Positions 13,787 through 25,054 of a stretch of DNA of 64,000 nucleotides are shown in pieces; position 1 is the first letter of the stretch, and each line of letters starts with the position of its first letter. Under the pieces are notes generated by a model. That model was not told the origin of the DNA. It was given only the letters and a program-made list of their open reading frames with translations, and ran no database searches. A program made the translations under genes and the position numbers. This DNA comes from Camelus dromedarius (lineage: Eukaryota): NCBI RefSeq assembly GCF_036321535.1, contig NC_087447.1:32738001-32802000 (forward strand), given 5' to 3'.

Positions 13787-13868
13787 AAAAAATAGCCTGG
13801 TTCCTGGGTGCTGTGTCCGCTGTGCCTAACGGCTGTGTCCGCTGTGCCTAATGGCTGTGTCAACCCTG
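13787..13868 (+). mobile_element. hAT-Tip100 MITE (ORSL-like), one terminal fragment, with a 22-bp tandem duplication
   Basis: gctgtgtccgctgtgcctaatggctgtgtcaaccctg resembles the recalled ORSL terminus cactgtgcctactgtgcctaatggataagtcggccctg. Confidence 0.65.
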
Positions 13869-14119
13869 GCCTCTTTGTTTTCTACAACTGATTGCATCTT
13901 CCTCATGCTCATCCTCCCCCTCCTCACACACAAGCATGCACACGCTGCTGAGGAGCGATTAAAATACTTTAACCTTAAACTTACCAATGACCTTCTCAAA
14001 CGGGTTCCTTCTTTTTTCATAAATATTCCACTAAGGAGAAAAATTTCCTTCTCATATGGACTCCTTCCCACCTTTTCTCCTTCCCAGCATCTTCACAGAA
14101 GTCCTTAGAAATTCAATCA

Positions 14120-14322
14120 TTTTTTTCTTTTTCCAGCTTTATTGAGGAATACATGGCGAATATAATTGTATATATTTAAGGTGTACAACATGATGATTTA
14201 CTGCACATATACACTGTAAAATGATTACCAAGATCAAGATAATTAACATATCTTTCACATCACCTCACATAATTAACTCTTTCTTTTCTTTTCTTTTTTT
14301 AGTGTGATGAGAATGCTTATAT
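14120..14322 (-). mobile_element. L1 (L1MA9-like) 3' end, 5'-truncated
   Basis: Poly(T) then cagctttattgagg...tttaaggtgtacaacatgatgattt...aaatgattacca...catcacctcacata. Confidence 0.85.
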
Positions 14323-14336
14323 CTTGGGGCTTTTTT

Positions 14337-14519
14337 CCCCACAAAAATGTTTTAATTTCCTTTAAAATAGAAGAAAAAAATTAACCTTTAATGTCAAAGA
14401 TTATATTTGTCTGTATACCAGTGTGGTCATAAAATATAATTTGTAATATGTTTTTATGACAGAAGGGGATCATAAAAGCAAACTTGCTTAGGGGCCAAAA
14501 ACATCATCAAGTGACCCTA
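14337..14519 (-). mobile_element. hAT-Tip100 MITE (ORSL-like), main fragment
   Basis: cccacaaaaatgttttaatttcctttaaaatagaagaaaaaaa...tcataaaatataattt...tgcttaggggcc...gtgacccta is collinear with the reverse complement of recalled ORSL. Confidence 0.7.
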
Positions 14520-15459
14520 AAAGAAGTTACATCTTCTTTGCATAGATTGTATTGTCACCAAGGAGAGAGAGAGAGAAATGTGCATGTCATTCTCACAATT
14601 CTCAAATGTAGGGTTTTTTTTTTCTTTTTTTATTACCCCATTTTATAGATCATGTCTTGGAGAAAATTATTCATCCAGTAAGTGGTGAAGCTAAGGCTTG
14701 GTTCTGATTCTCACCATCTCTAAAGCCCAAGCACAGGAGTCGAGTGAAAATGGCCCTGTTCCTCATCGCACAAGGCTGTGTCGGGCTGGGGGTAAGGTAA
14801 CTGGCATTCACTGTGTGCATCACTCTGGATCTGGACATCCACTTGCAGCCGTGCCAGACCCTCGTAAAATGTTCTTAAGGAAGACTTACGTAAGTAGCTT
14901 TTGTAGTTCCTTCCACTGAATCTTCAGCCTGAATCTCTGCTATCAGTTCTCTAATGGCTGCATTTTGCATTTTAATGCCTCAAGTTCCGCTACCGGTTTG
15001 ATATTCCTAATGTGCCATTTATCTCTATATTATCAAGTAGCCTTTGTCCAATCATTATTATTTACTGTACTATAGCAGAGAATTTCTCTCAAAATTTCTT
15101 GGGGGAAACAAAATGAAAATTTCAGACATTCAGCTTATTCATTGGAGAAAACCAAAGCTGAGAATGAGAAAGTTGTTATAGTTAACCAAACAGATGCATC
15201 TGCTCCAAACTCTCAGGCATTACCACCTCCCCCCAGCCTGCCCACAGCCTTCACCACTGACACATTCACAACAAAATCTTCAAAGGCTCAGGGGTAACAC
15301 AGATTAAGAGAGGAATCTTGACAGATCTTATTGGCTTCTCTACTTCCTTGCAGAAGTCAGGAAATACAACAGACTAAACCTGTATCAAAGAAGTTTCTCT
15401 AAGTATTTTTAGAAGCATTAAAATTACAATAAATTTTGATATCAAATCTCCACAGCCAT

Positions 15460-15925
15460 ATAATCAGTCAGCCCAAAACATAAAACCTCAGCCCTTCATT
15501 TGGCTTCCAGTTCTGCTAGGCAGTCTGGTATGCCTGGAGTTTTCATCTGGCCTTACTCATGCACCTGTGATCACGGATGGAATGGCTGAGTGTTAGCTGG
15601 TTCCAAATGTCCTCACTTACACATCTGACAGCTGACTTGTTCTCAGCTGGGGTGATGAGTGTAACTGGGTCATATGTCACATATCTCTTATCATCTAGCC
15701 AGCCAGCCCATGCTTGTTTACGTGGTGACTTGGGGCTCTAAGATCAGCAAGAGAGGACAAGCTTAAATGTTAAAACTTCAAGTCTCTGCTTGCATCATAT
15801 TTGCTATTGTTCTGTTGTCCAAAGCTAGTCACGTGGCCAAACCAGAGCAAGAGTATTTGTGGATTCCGTAAGGGCACTGGTACCAGCAGGAATAAACAAA
15901 TTAGAGGCTGCTAAAGCAACAAAGA
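15460..15925 (-). mobile_element. MaLR solo LTR (old MLT1)
   Basis: ctcacttacacatctgacag, tcaagtctctgcttgcatcatatttgcta, ccaaagctagtcacgtggccaa. Confidence 0.75.
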
Positions 15926-16969
15926 ATCATATTTTCCAAGCAATCTTCCTATTGTTCCTCCTACCAACATAATAACCATCTCTGGGACTTGGAATAATGA
16001 GAACATTATCAAAGAAGCTTGCAATTTTAGGCTTTCATATGGTCAGTGATTCTTCTCCTAGGCACCGCATATAAAACCAGAAAAATATAAAAAATCCAGC
16101 ATCTAAATAGGTGAGACATACGTTCTTCATATTTTCAACTCACTTACTTCTCAGAACCTCTAATCAGGTTTTACGTTTGGACTCATGTTTGTTTAAGAAA
16201 TTTTAAATCAGTGCTGGATAAGTATGTGTGAGTGATCAAGAAGTGAATGCCCTCTACCTGGAATAGGGGAATTGGTAGAAATTCACTGAGACAGGAGCAA
16301 TAGTGGATAAAAGGGTTTTCTGCTGTCCATTGCATTGAGGTGGGGCAGCACATATGTCTGTAGCAAACCTTGAAGAAATATCAGTCCCTTCTCTGGCATG
16401 AGCAAGGCTGTGGCTCAGTTTTTTCCTATGTACAATGATCACATGTACTGAGCATGCTTGAGAAAGGTTAGTTTTTTCCTATTCCTAAAAATATCATACT
16501 ATCATACTTGAATGTCCAAGTTTGTTTCTAAAATAAATTCTTGCCTATGAATGAATAAAGGCAAGCACTACCAGAAAAGCAAAAACATGAACTGCATATG
16601 TTCAATACACAAATTCTCTTTAGAACTAGAAGGGATTCAGAGAGAAAAAAAAGAAAAAGAAAAAAAAACCTATTTCTCAGCCAAACAAGTTAGGATTTGT
16701 TTATAAAACAAAAATTTCTGATGGCTTACCAGAGGACGGAAGATAGATGTTCAGCCTATGTGACAGACAAAAATATTGTGAATTTCCTACAAAGTAGGGG
16801 GCCTAAATTCCCATGAGGTCAGAAGAGTCCCATCTGCTCACTCTCCATTTTAACCTATGCTTACAGGTCAAGCATAGTTTACACATTTTTTTTAATACTT
16901 GTACATTGCAGATGATCGAAAGAGCTGAAAAAGATTACTGGGAAAAAAAGTAGAAACAGGCAATAGTGA

Positions 16970-17165
16970 AGAGAACAGAACTAATGTTCTAGAACACCTG
17001 CCGTCTACTAGGCACTTGAAAATGAAAGCTATTCAACAAATTTCATTAAGAATTCTACAAGGTAGATTTTATTGTTCTCATTTCACAGATGTGAAGGTGA
17101 AACTCAGAGATGCTAAGTAATTTGCCCAAAGCCCATAGTCTGTCTATCTGGATCATATTCCATTT
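16970..17165 (-). mobile_element. MIR SINE
   Basis: ctcatttcacagatgtgaaggtgaaactcagagatgctaagtaatttgcccaa. Confidence 0.75.
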
Positions 17166-17640
17166 CACCTCCTTGCTTCTGGGCATGATAGATACTTGCA
17201 AATCAATAAAGGGTAGTCATGATGAAAAGAGAAATTTGACTGATCTTTTGGCTCTAAGGGATAAAAACTGAAGCATTTAAGTTTCAAATTATTGAGAAAG
17301 AGATTTCTGCTAAGTATGAGGACAAACCATTCCACAGAATAGTCAAAAAGACAGTGAGACACCTTGGGAGGTAAGCGTAAACCACTACATTGTCAGTTGG
17401 TGTCAGGGATGTAAATTGATATCTTCTGACAATGAGTCAATAGAAAATGGGACCTATGAAATTATTTTTGAAATTCTACCTAGTTGAGTGATTTTATTTC
17501 TAAAAAGGGCAACTTTTTCCATGAAAGATTTGTTAACTCCTCCTACATGTAATATCCAGACTTTCTGAGTTCTTTGAGCAAAGACAGGAATTACATTTAA
17601 GAAATGGAAATAGAGATCTAGTTCTGAACAAAAAAGAATT

Positions 17641-19380
17641 GAGGAGGAGAGATCAAAATGGCAGAATAGAAGAACGTAGAGCTCACCTCCTCCCACAAAT
17701 GCATGAAAAATACATCTACATGTAGAACAATTCTCCAAGAATAACTGTTGAACTCTGATGGAAGATCTCATTCAATCAAAGCTGCAAGAAAGATCACCAT
17801 ATAACCAGGTAGGACAAAAAAGAGAAAATATAGAATCCAGACAGGACCTCTGCCCCTGGGAGGAAGCTGTGAAAGGGGAAACGTTCCTTCACCCTGGGAA
17901 CCCTCGTCAATAGCTGGGAGATCAGCCTAGACAGAGAGGGAGCTTCAGAGATGCAGAAGTGAGTTCAGCAGCCAGCTTCCAGCAGGCAGAACAGAGAGAG
18001 GAGACACACGTGGCCCTGGTCACTGACCTGCACCTCTCAGCCCAAGATCTCTGTCTGCTGTTGTGTGCAAGGCTGGGTGCTGACACACAGGCTTCAGTAG
18101 AGAGACTGGGGAAAGGACCGAGGCTGGCTGCACAGAGATAGCCCAAAGGGGAAGGATGGTGGCCCAGGCCAAAGCTAGGAGAGTGTGCAAGACAGAACCA
18201 GGGTCTGCCAGAAAGCCCCAGTGTCAACAGTGCACAACAGAGGGGGAGGGCCCCTGGCATAGCAGCCTTATCGTCAGCGTTCGCACAGCGGCATGGCTCC
18301 ACCTGTGGGGGCTCTCGGAGTGTGCAAGCCCCAGTGCGTGGCCCATAAGCCGCGGCAGGGTTGAAACCTGAGCAGATCCTCAGGGGCCACAGGACACTGG
18401 AAACAGGGCTGAAGTCTGAGCCCTCTCTTAGTGGCTTTGGTAGAGTTATACCACCTGTACCTTTGTAAACTCAGTGCCAGCGCCGGTGGGGCATCAACAG
18501 AGTGCTTTAGAGGAGGAATACTCAGTAGCTCCTCTCCCAGCGGGAGCACTCCAGTACTGTCTACCTCACACCACAGCTCAGAAACAGAGCTGGGAACAAC
18601 TACTTCAACAGCTGGGGAGCACACCCTGCCCCAGACAGGGCTACAACTACAGAGCAAAGAGGAGGCCCTGCCTAACATCTGGTCACCACAACACCAATCA
18701 CACCCTCTGTTGAAGGCTAACAGCCAGCACATACTAAGGAAAGCACATGTAGCAGGCATTTGTACCAACAGCAGCCCTCACACCAAAAATGTTAGACTCA
18801 CGCAGACAACACAGGGATGCTCCCACTTAGAAACAGCCCTTCAAGACCCCAGTAGATAACTGTTTCTCCTAAACTCACAAAGTCAGAGAAATACAAATAA
18901 AATGAAGAAGCAGAGAAATCATTCCCAGTTAAAAGATCAAGAGAAGTCTCTGAAAGAACAAACAAGGTAACAGACTGCTCCACTCGACCAGATCCTGCAT
19001 TCAAAAAGGACATAATAAAAATACTGAAGAAATTAAGAAAGGCTGTTGTTAGAAATGCAGGTCACTACAATAGGGAACTAGAAAATACAAAAAGGAACCA
19101 AGTAAAGTTAGAAAACGCATTGCTAAGACAAAAGCAGCGCTAAAGGCAGTAAACAGCAGACTAAGTGTAGAAGAACAAATAAGTGATCAGAAAGACAGAA
19201 AAATGGAAGTCACTCAATCAGCACAGACAGAGCAGACAGAAAGAGAAACAGCAACAGAAAAAGAAAGGAATTTATACGGCCTATGGGATAATATAAAGTG
19301 AGCCAATCTATGCACAGTAGGGATCCCAGAAGGAGAAGAGAAAGGGGACCCAAAATGTATTTGAAGAAATTGTGGCTGCA
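17641..19380 (+). mobile_element. L1 5' end: complete 5' UTR plus N-terminal ORF1, lacking everything 3' of 19380
   Basis: Start gaggaggagagatcaaaatggcagaatagaagaacgtagagctcacctcctcccac with YY1-like caaaatggc (17654-17662); GC-richer UTR; A-rich ORF1 sequence from 18902. Confidence 0.85.
18902..19380 (+). pseudogene. Degenerate L1 ORF1p N-terminal coding remnant
   Basis: ATG at 18902 reads MKKQRNHSQLKDQEKS, then frameshift and stop; later ctatgggataatataaag and gtagggatcccagaaggagaagag (LWDNIK / GIPEGEE-type ORF1 motifs). Confidence 0.8.
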
Positions 19381-20620
19381 TTTCTGTTCCTATAAATAAG
19401 TTCCTATAAAGAAGTCATCAGGGATTTCGAAAGGGATGGTACTGCATCTCTAGATCAATTTGGGAAGTACTGCCACCTTGACAACAGCAAGGCTTCTGCT
19501 ACATGAACATACAGAGGTCTTTTCATTCCTTTAGGTCCTTTTTTTCGTTTCTTCAAACAACATTTTGCAGTTTTCAAACTGAAGCTTTATACTTCCTTTG
19601 TTAATCTTATTCCAAAGTATTTTATTCTTTTTGATACTCTAGTGAAAATTTTTTCTGAGATTCATTTTGATTTCATTTTCATTACTAATGTATAGAAACA
19701 TAATTGATTTTATTGTATGCTTATCTTTTATCTTACGCTTTTGCTCCCGTCTTGCTGCAGTCTTCAAACTCATTTTTTAGTTCTGATCTTTTGCAGTAGA
19801 TTCCTTAGGATTTTCCATGCAGCAGATCATGTCATCTGAAAATAGAGGTAGTGTTTTAATCTGCTCACTGCTATAACAAAATACCACATACTAGGGAGCT
19901 TATAGACAGGATGGTGGGGTGAAGGTCTTCTTCTGGGTGGCAGACTGCTCACTGCATCCTCACATGGGATAAAAAGCAAGGGAAGCTCTCTCAGGCTTCT
20001 ATTGTAAGTGCATTAACCTTAGTTATGAGGGTGGAGCTGTCATGACCTAATCACTCCCCAAAGGTTCTACCTCCTCACACTGAATGTTAGGATTTCAACA
20101 TATGAATTTTGGGGGTTCACATACATTTATATCAAGCAGATAATTTTACTAATTCCTTTACAATGTGAATGCATCGTACTCCATTTTGTCATCTAATTGC
20201 CCTGGTTAGAACCTCAGTACCATGTTGAATAGAAATAGCAAGAGCAGACAGACATATTTTTCTTGATGTTATGGAAAAATCATTTAATCTTTCACTATTA
20301 AGCATGCTGTTAGCCCTGGTTTTATTTTGGATGCCTTTTTGTCAGGTTGAGAAATTCCCTTTCTGTTTCCAATTTGTTGAATAATTATCATGAGCGAGTG
20401 TTGAATTTCTCCATGTCTATTGAGATGATCATGTTGTTTTTGTCCTTTATTCTGTTGGTGTGTTGTGTTACAGTAACTTATTTTGAGATAATTTACCTAC
20501 CTTGAATTATTAAAATAGATTCCATATGTCATTCCACATGTAATCCTTTTCACATATTGCTAGATTCAATTCCCTAGTATTCTGTTCAGGGTTTATGTCT
20601 ATATTTATTAAGATTAGAGT
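19381..20620 (-). mobile_element. Older antisense L1 ORF2 fragment carrying an MLT1 insertion
   Basis: tagatcaatttgggaagtactgcca, aagtattttattctttttgat, catgttgaatagaaatagcaagagcagaca, tctattgagatgatcatg. Confidence 0.85.
19852..20138 (-). mobile_element. MaLR solo LTR (MLT1A-like), internally deleted
   Basis: tgttttaatctgc...ctgctataacaaaataccaca; catgacctaatcactccc; gatttcaacatatgaattttggggg...agca; degenerate 5-bp TSD ggtag/gataa. Confidence 0.85.
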
Positions 20621-20899
20621 TACAAATGAACATTTTACCACTGAATAAAATTCTAGGTCAGAAATCACCATATTAATACCTTTGGCATATGGTTTAAGCT
20701 GATTCAGACTATACAAATAGAATTCACATAACTATTTAAATCAGTCATCGAAAATGTTTCAGGAGTACCTTTTTCTAAGGAGATCACCTAAATAGCACCG
20801 CAGCCCCATTGGCTGTGTCTCAGATCTCATTAGGATGTGTAAGCACCTGGCGGAGATACAGGCTACAGTCATCTCGTGATGACAGAGGTAGAGAAGGAT

Positions 20900-21160
20900 A
20901 ATAATTAAAAACACAAACTCTTGAACTAAAATATCTAGATTTGAATCCTGGAGTTTACAGTCGTTACTATATGACACTGGGAAATTTATTCAGTATTTGA
21001 CTGTTCAGTATTCTTACCTGTTATAAGGGAGTAATGATAGAACTCAACTCATATAGTTTTTTTTGGTTTTTTTCCAGCTCATATAGTTTTGTTGAGAGGA
21101 TTAAATAAAGTATTTAAAGCAATGTCATAGATATAAGTTAATAAATGTTAGTATATATTA
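20900..21160 (+). mobile_element. MIR SINE
   Basis: ctagatttgaatcctgg, tatgacactgggaaatttatt, ttgttgagaggattaaataa, aataaatgttagt. Confidence 0.7.
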
Positions 21161-21776
21161 TGACAAACCAAGCCACTTAGACTACTCACAATTATTTTAA
21201 CCCCCAGTGATCTGGGAAACATGGCATAGAAGTGCACATAGCAGAATCATAGAATATATATTCATAAAGTGTCCTTAGAGACAAACAAACTCACTTCCAT
21301 CATAACAAACATGGAGAAACAGAGAACTAGAAAGGGAAAATGACATTCCTTAAACTCACACACTTTTGTCATAGATCTGGGATAAAAATGAGCAGTTTTT
21401 TTTTTAACCTTTGAGATGCCCCATGTGTTAACATCTTTATGTTTGTAGACTCTAACCATGTATCTTTAAACCAAAATAACCCACCCAATCTTGGTATACA
21501 CATTCACAAATTAAGACATATCAAATCACCTAAATAGTGTTCCCAGAAACTATTCAGGACTCTCCCAGATTGCCTTATAGTTTAAAATGCTGAAGGAAAA
21601 CATGTGTTTTTGTGTGAAATAAATCTGAGGAGGAATCCCATTTTGGGTACTGCAGAGCGGCATGACCTTTAGGCAAGTTATTTAGCATCTCTAATTCCTA
21701 ACTCCTCAGCTATAACTTGGTCAATCCTAATATGTGTGGCTGATAAATTTCCTCAGAGGATTAACATATGTTAATG

Positions 21777-21927
21777 CAGTCATCCCATGGTATCCTCCAG
21801 GAACTGGTTCCAGGACCCCTGCAGATACCCAGATCCATGGGTGCTCAAGTCCCTTATGTAAAATGGCACAGTGCGCTGGCCCTTGCTATCTCCAGGTTCT
21901 GCATCCACAGGTACAGAGAGGTTACTC
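21777..21927 (+). mobile_element. Tigger MITE (MER2-like) inserted in a MIR fragment
   Basis: cagtcatcccatggtatcc...tggttccaggacccctgcagatacc...gtgctcaagtcccttatgtaaaatggc...gagaggttactc; flanks tg / ta (decayed TA TSD). Confidence 0.8.
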
Positions 21928-23846
21928 TAAATGTGAATATTTAACATAATAAGGGGCATTAAAAAATTGCTTTGTGTTTTTGTTGCATTAACTACTTTTA
22001 ATCTATCCCTACCTATGTGTCTGGGGTTTTTGCTTGTTTGTTTCATAGTCCTTTTTTACAATCCCAATGTGACTTTTAGGCTCAGTGCTTGCTGTTGGTA
22101 TCCCCTCTCAACTTTCCTTAAAACCTCTGAGGCAGTTTTAATTCTTCTGCTGTCTTCACTCCGGCTCATCTTCCAGCCTCTCTGAGATAATCCAGTCCCT
22201 GAGATGACCCACTGACTAGTGCTTCAACTAAGCACTCCCAGCCACTTGCAGAAAAATGACAAGTTCATGGAGAAAATAAGCCACAAATTATATAATCAAG
22301 CCCCTTTTGTTTTTCTCCACTAAGTCTATGAAAACACAGAAACTTGTAAAGCTGGGTTGCCTTACTCATGTTATGAATGAGGTGCTTCTTCACAATGTTA
22401 TTGCTTCCGTGGTCATCTCGTAAAAGTAAATTGAATTTTACTCCTTTTCTCTAATCAGGGATAGTGCAGATGGCCTGTTTAATTCTGATTTTTTTTTCCA
22501 GGGAGATGCTCTAGTTATATCTGAGCTATTTCCTATGCAATTAGGAGTACCTTTCCCTTTTTGCATGTCTCTCTTCTGCATAACTGCCTTGATCATGATC
22601 AAGAGTCCCTCTGCCTAAATACATCTCTACATGCATTGCATTAAGAGGTGATGTGATGTAATCTTCAGGCACATAACTGGATTTCTCAAGGCTTCCTTTC
22701 TTAGCTGTGACTGTTCGAGCTGGAAAAGGTGTGCTGGAAAAGGAGTTTAACTTTTATATCTCATTCAAAAGCAAAACCCAAGTAAAGCAATTTCTAATTC
22801 AGAACCAGTGACTTTTCCATTCCTGACCAGGTGAACTGAGACAGAAAACTTCAAAGATCAGTTGGGATTAAAAAATAAATAAAGACCTTCATTTTGCCAG
22901 GTCAGTTCTCCCGCAGAGTAACTGCCAGGCACAAACTTGTAGAAAGCAAAGAGAAACATTAATGAGCAAGCTTGCAGCCCACAAGCTGCTGATTGGGGTG
23001 TTCCTTGTGGTACCCAGCCTAATTGCACACATCTGGCTTGCTACCGGATCCCACGAGCCTTTGCAAATTAAATAAAGATGATGATTTCATTTAATCATAA
23101 ATAACTAAATATGCAAATAATTGAGGAAGGATCTTTGATGGTGGTGGAGGTAAAATCACCGGAAAAGCAGGAAAGACTGGGCTGTAAGTGAGTGATTTAA
23201 GAGAATTGAACATTTATCTAGTGAAATTTAAATTGGGGCTTAACACACAATCGACTCCCTTCAGTAGAGAGGAAAAAAACCCACAAAGGGGAAGAAATGA
23301 TCAGTCTAAACATTAAGGCAAAGTGAAGGCTAGTTTATCCTTGGGGACATTTTGTTCAAATCAAGCGTTAGGCTTGCAGTAAGCATCAGGTCACACAGAC
23401 ACCATGTGACAGACTGGATGTTCGAGAGCATTGCCTCTCCAGCTGTGAGACTGTAGACAGGCTACCAGAACCCTCTGGCATGGAGGTGTCTCATCTCTTA
23501 CCTGGGCATTCACTGCTTTCTATCCCAAGTGGTTATTTTGAAAATGTATGCAGATTAGGTAGCAAGTCTTCAACAAATGTTTGTTTCCTCCCTCTTCTGT
23601 CACCCACCTCCTTTGGAACCTGTCTTCAAACAACACGTTTCTGTGTAACAAGTGCTAAAAGTTAACTCAGTGTTCTCTCCTTCATTCATGTCCGAAATAT
23701 TATTAAGACCTCACAAAGAGCCAAGTTGTGTGCTCTGGGCTAATGATTAAAATAGAATATTTCATGGTTTTAGAAGCTCACATGATAGTAGACAGACATG
23801 TGAAAGTAACCAAATTTTATTTAATTCATTGTTCATTTGGTAAGTT

Positions 23847-25052
23847 TTTTTTTTTACTGAAGTATAGTGAGTTTACAGTGTTGTGTCAATTTCTGATGTA
23901 CAGCATAATTGTTCAGTCATTCATATACATACATATACTTGTTTTCATATTCTTTTTTTCATTATAGGTTACTACAAGATATTGAATATAGTTCCCTGTG
24001 CTGTACATTATAAATTTGTTGTTCATCTATTTTATATATAGTAGTGTGTATCTGCAAATCTTGAACTCCCAATTTATCCCTTCCCACCCCTTTCCCCACT
24101 GGTAACCATAATTCTGTTTTCTATGTCTATGAGTCTGTTTCTGTTTTCTAAATAAATTCATTTGCCTTTTTTTTAAGATTCCACATATAAGTGATATCAT
24201 ATGGTATTTTTCTTTCTTTTTCTGGCTTACTTCACTTAGAATGACAATCTCCAGTTCCATCCATGTTGCTGCAAATGGCATTATTTTATTATTTTTTATG
24301 GCTGAGTAGTATTCCATTGTATAAATATTCCACAACTTCTTTATCCAGTCATCTGTCAATGGACATTTAAGTTGTTTCTATGTCTTGGCTATTGTAAATA
24401 GTGCTGCTATAAACACTGGGGTGCATGTTTCTTTTCAAATTAAAGTTCCCTCTGGATATATGCCCAGGAGTAGGATTTCTGGATCATATGGTAAGTCTGT
24501 TTTTAGTTTTTTGAGGAATCTCAATACTGTTTTTTCATAACAGCTGCACCGAACTACATTCCCACCAACAGTGTGGAAGGGTTCCCTTTTCTCCACACCT
24601 TTCTAGCATTTATTGTCTGTGGACTTTTGAATGATGGCCATTCTGACTGGTGTGAGGTGATACCTCATTGTATTTTTGAACTGCATTTCTCTGATAATTA
24701 ACGATTGTGAGCATTTTTTCCAGTGCCTATTGGCCATTTATATGTCTTCATTGGAGAACTGCTTGTTTAGGTCTTCTGTGCATTTTTGGATTGGGTTGTT
24801 TATTTTTTTATTAAGTTGTATGAGCTGTTTATATATTCTGGAAAATATACCCTTATCAGTTTCATCTTTTGAAAATATTTTCTCCCATTCCATAGGCTGT
24901 CTTTTTGTTTTGCTTATAGTTTCCTTTGCTGTGCAAAAGCTTATAAGTTTAATTAGATTCCATTTATTTATTTTCATTTTTATTTCTATTGCCTGGGTTG
25001 ATTGCCCTAGGAGAACATTGCTAAGATTTATGTCAGAAAATGTTTTGCCTAT
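23847..25052 (-). mobile_element. Relatively young L1, 3' 1.2 kb (ORF2 C-terminus, 3' UTR, poly(A))
   Basis: Poly(T) at 23846; ORFs 24027-24359 (WIKKLWNIYTMEYYSAIK...FAATWMELE...LSEVSQ) and 24738-24977 ([19 protein letters not shown]...[10 protein letters not shown]) are L1 ORF2p C-terminal motifs, disrupted between them. Confidence 0.95.
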
Positions 25053-25054
25053 TG

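Noticed and set aside
16140..16740. Possible minus-strand exons (donor-like gtaagt near 16146-16151, gtagag near 16257, gtaagc near 16724-16729; ORF 16254-16442)
   Set aside because: No convincing matched acceptors, no recognisable protein similarity, and such motifs are frequent by chance; transcript data would be needed.
17922..18859. Overlapping 126-164 aa ORFs as genes
   Set aside because: They lie in a GC-richer L1 5' UTR where stops are scarce, show no recognisable domain and occur on both strands.
17641..20620. Single twin-primed (5'-inverted) L1 insertion
   Set aside because: The pieces meet tail-to-tail, neither has a poly(A), no shared TSD is visible, and the antisense piece looks older (it hosts an MLT1 LTR).
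24027..24977. Protein-coding gene
   Set aside because: The peptides are disrupted L1 ORF2p C-terminal fragments in a 5'-truncated copy.
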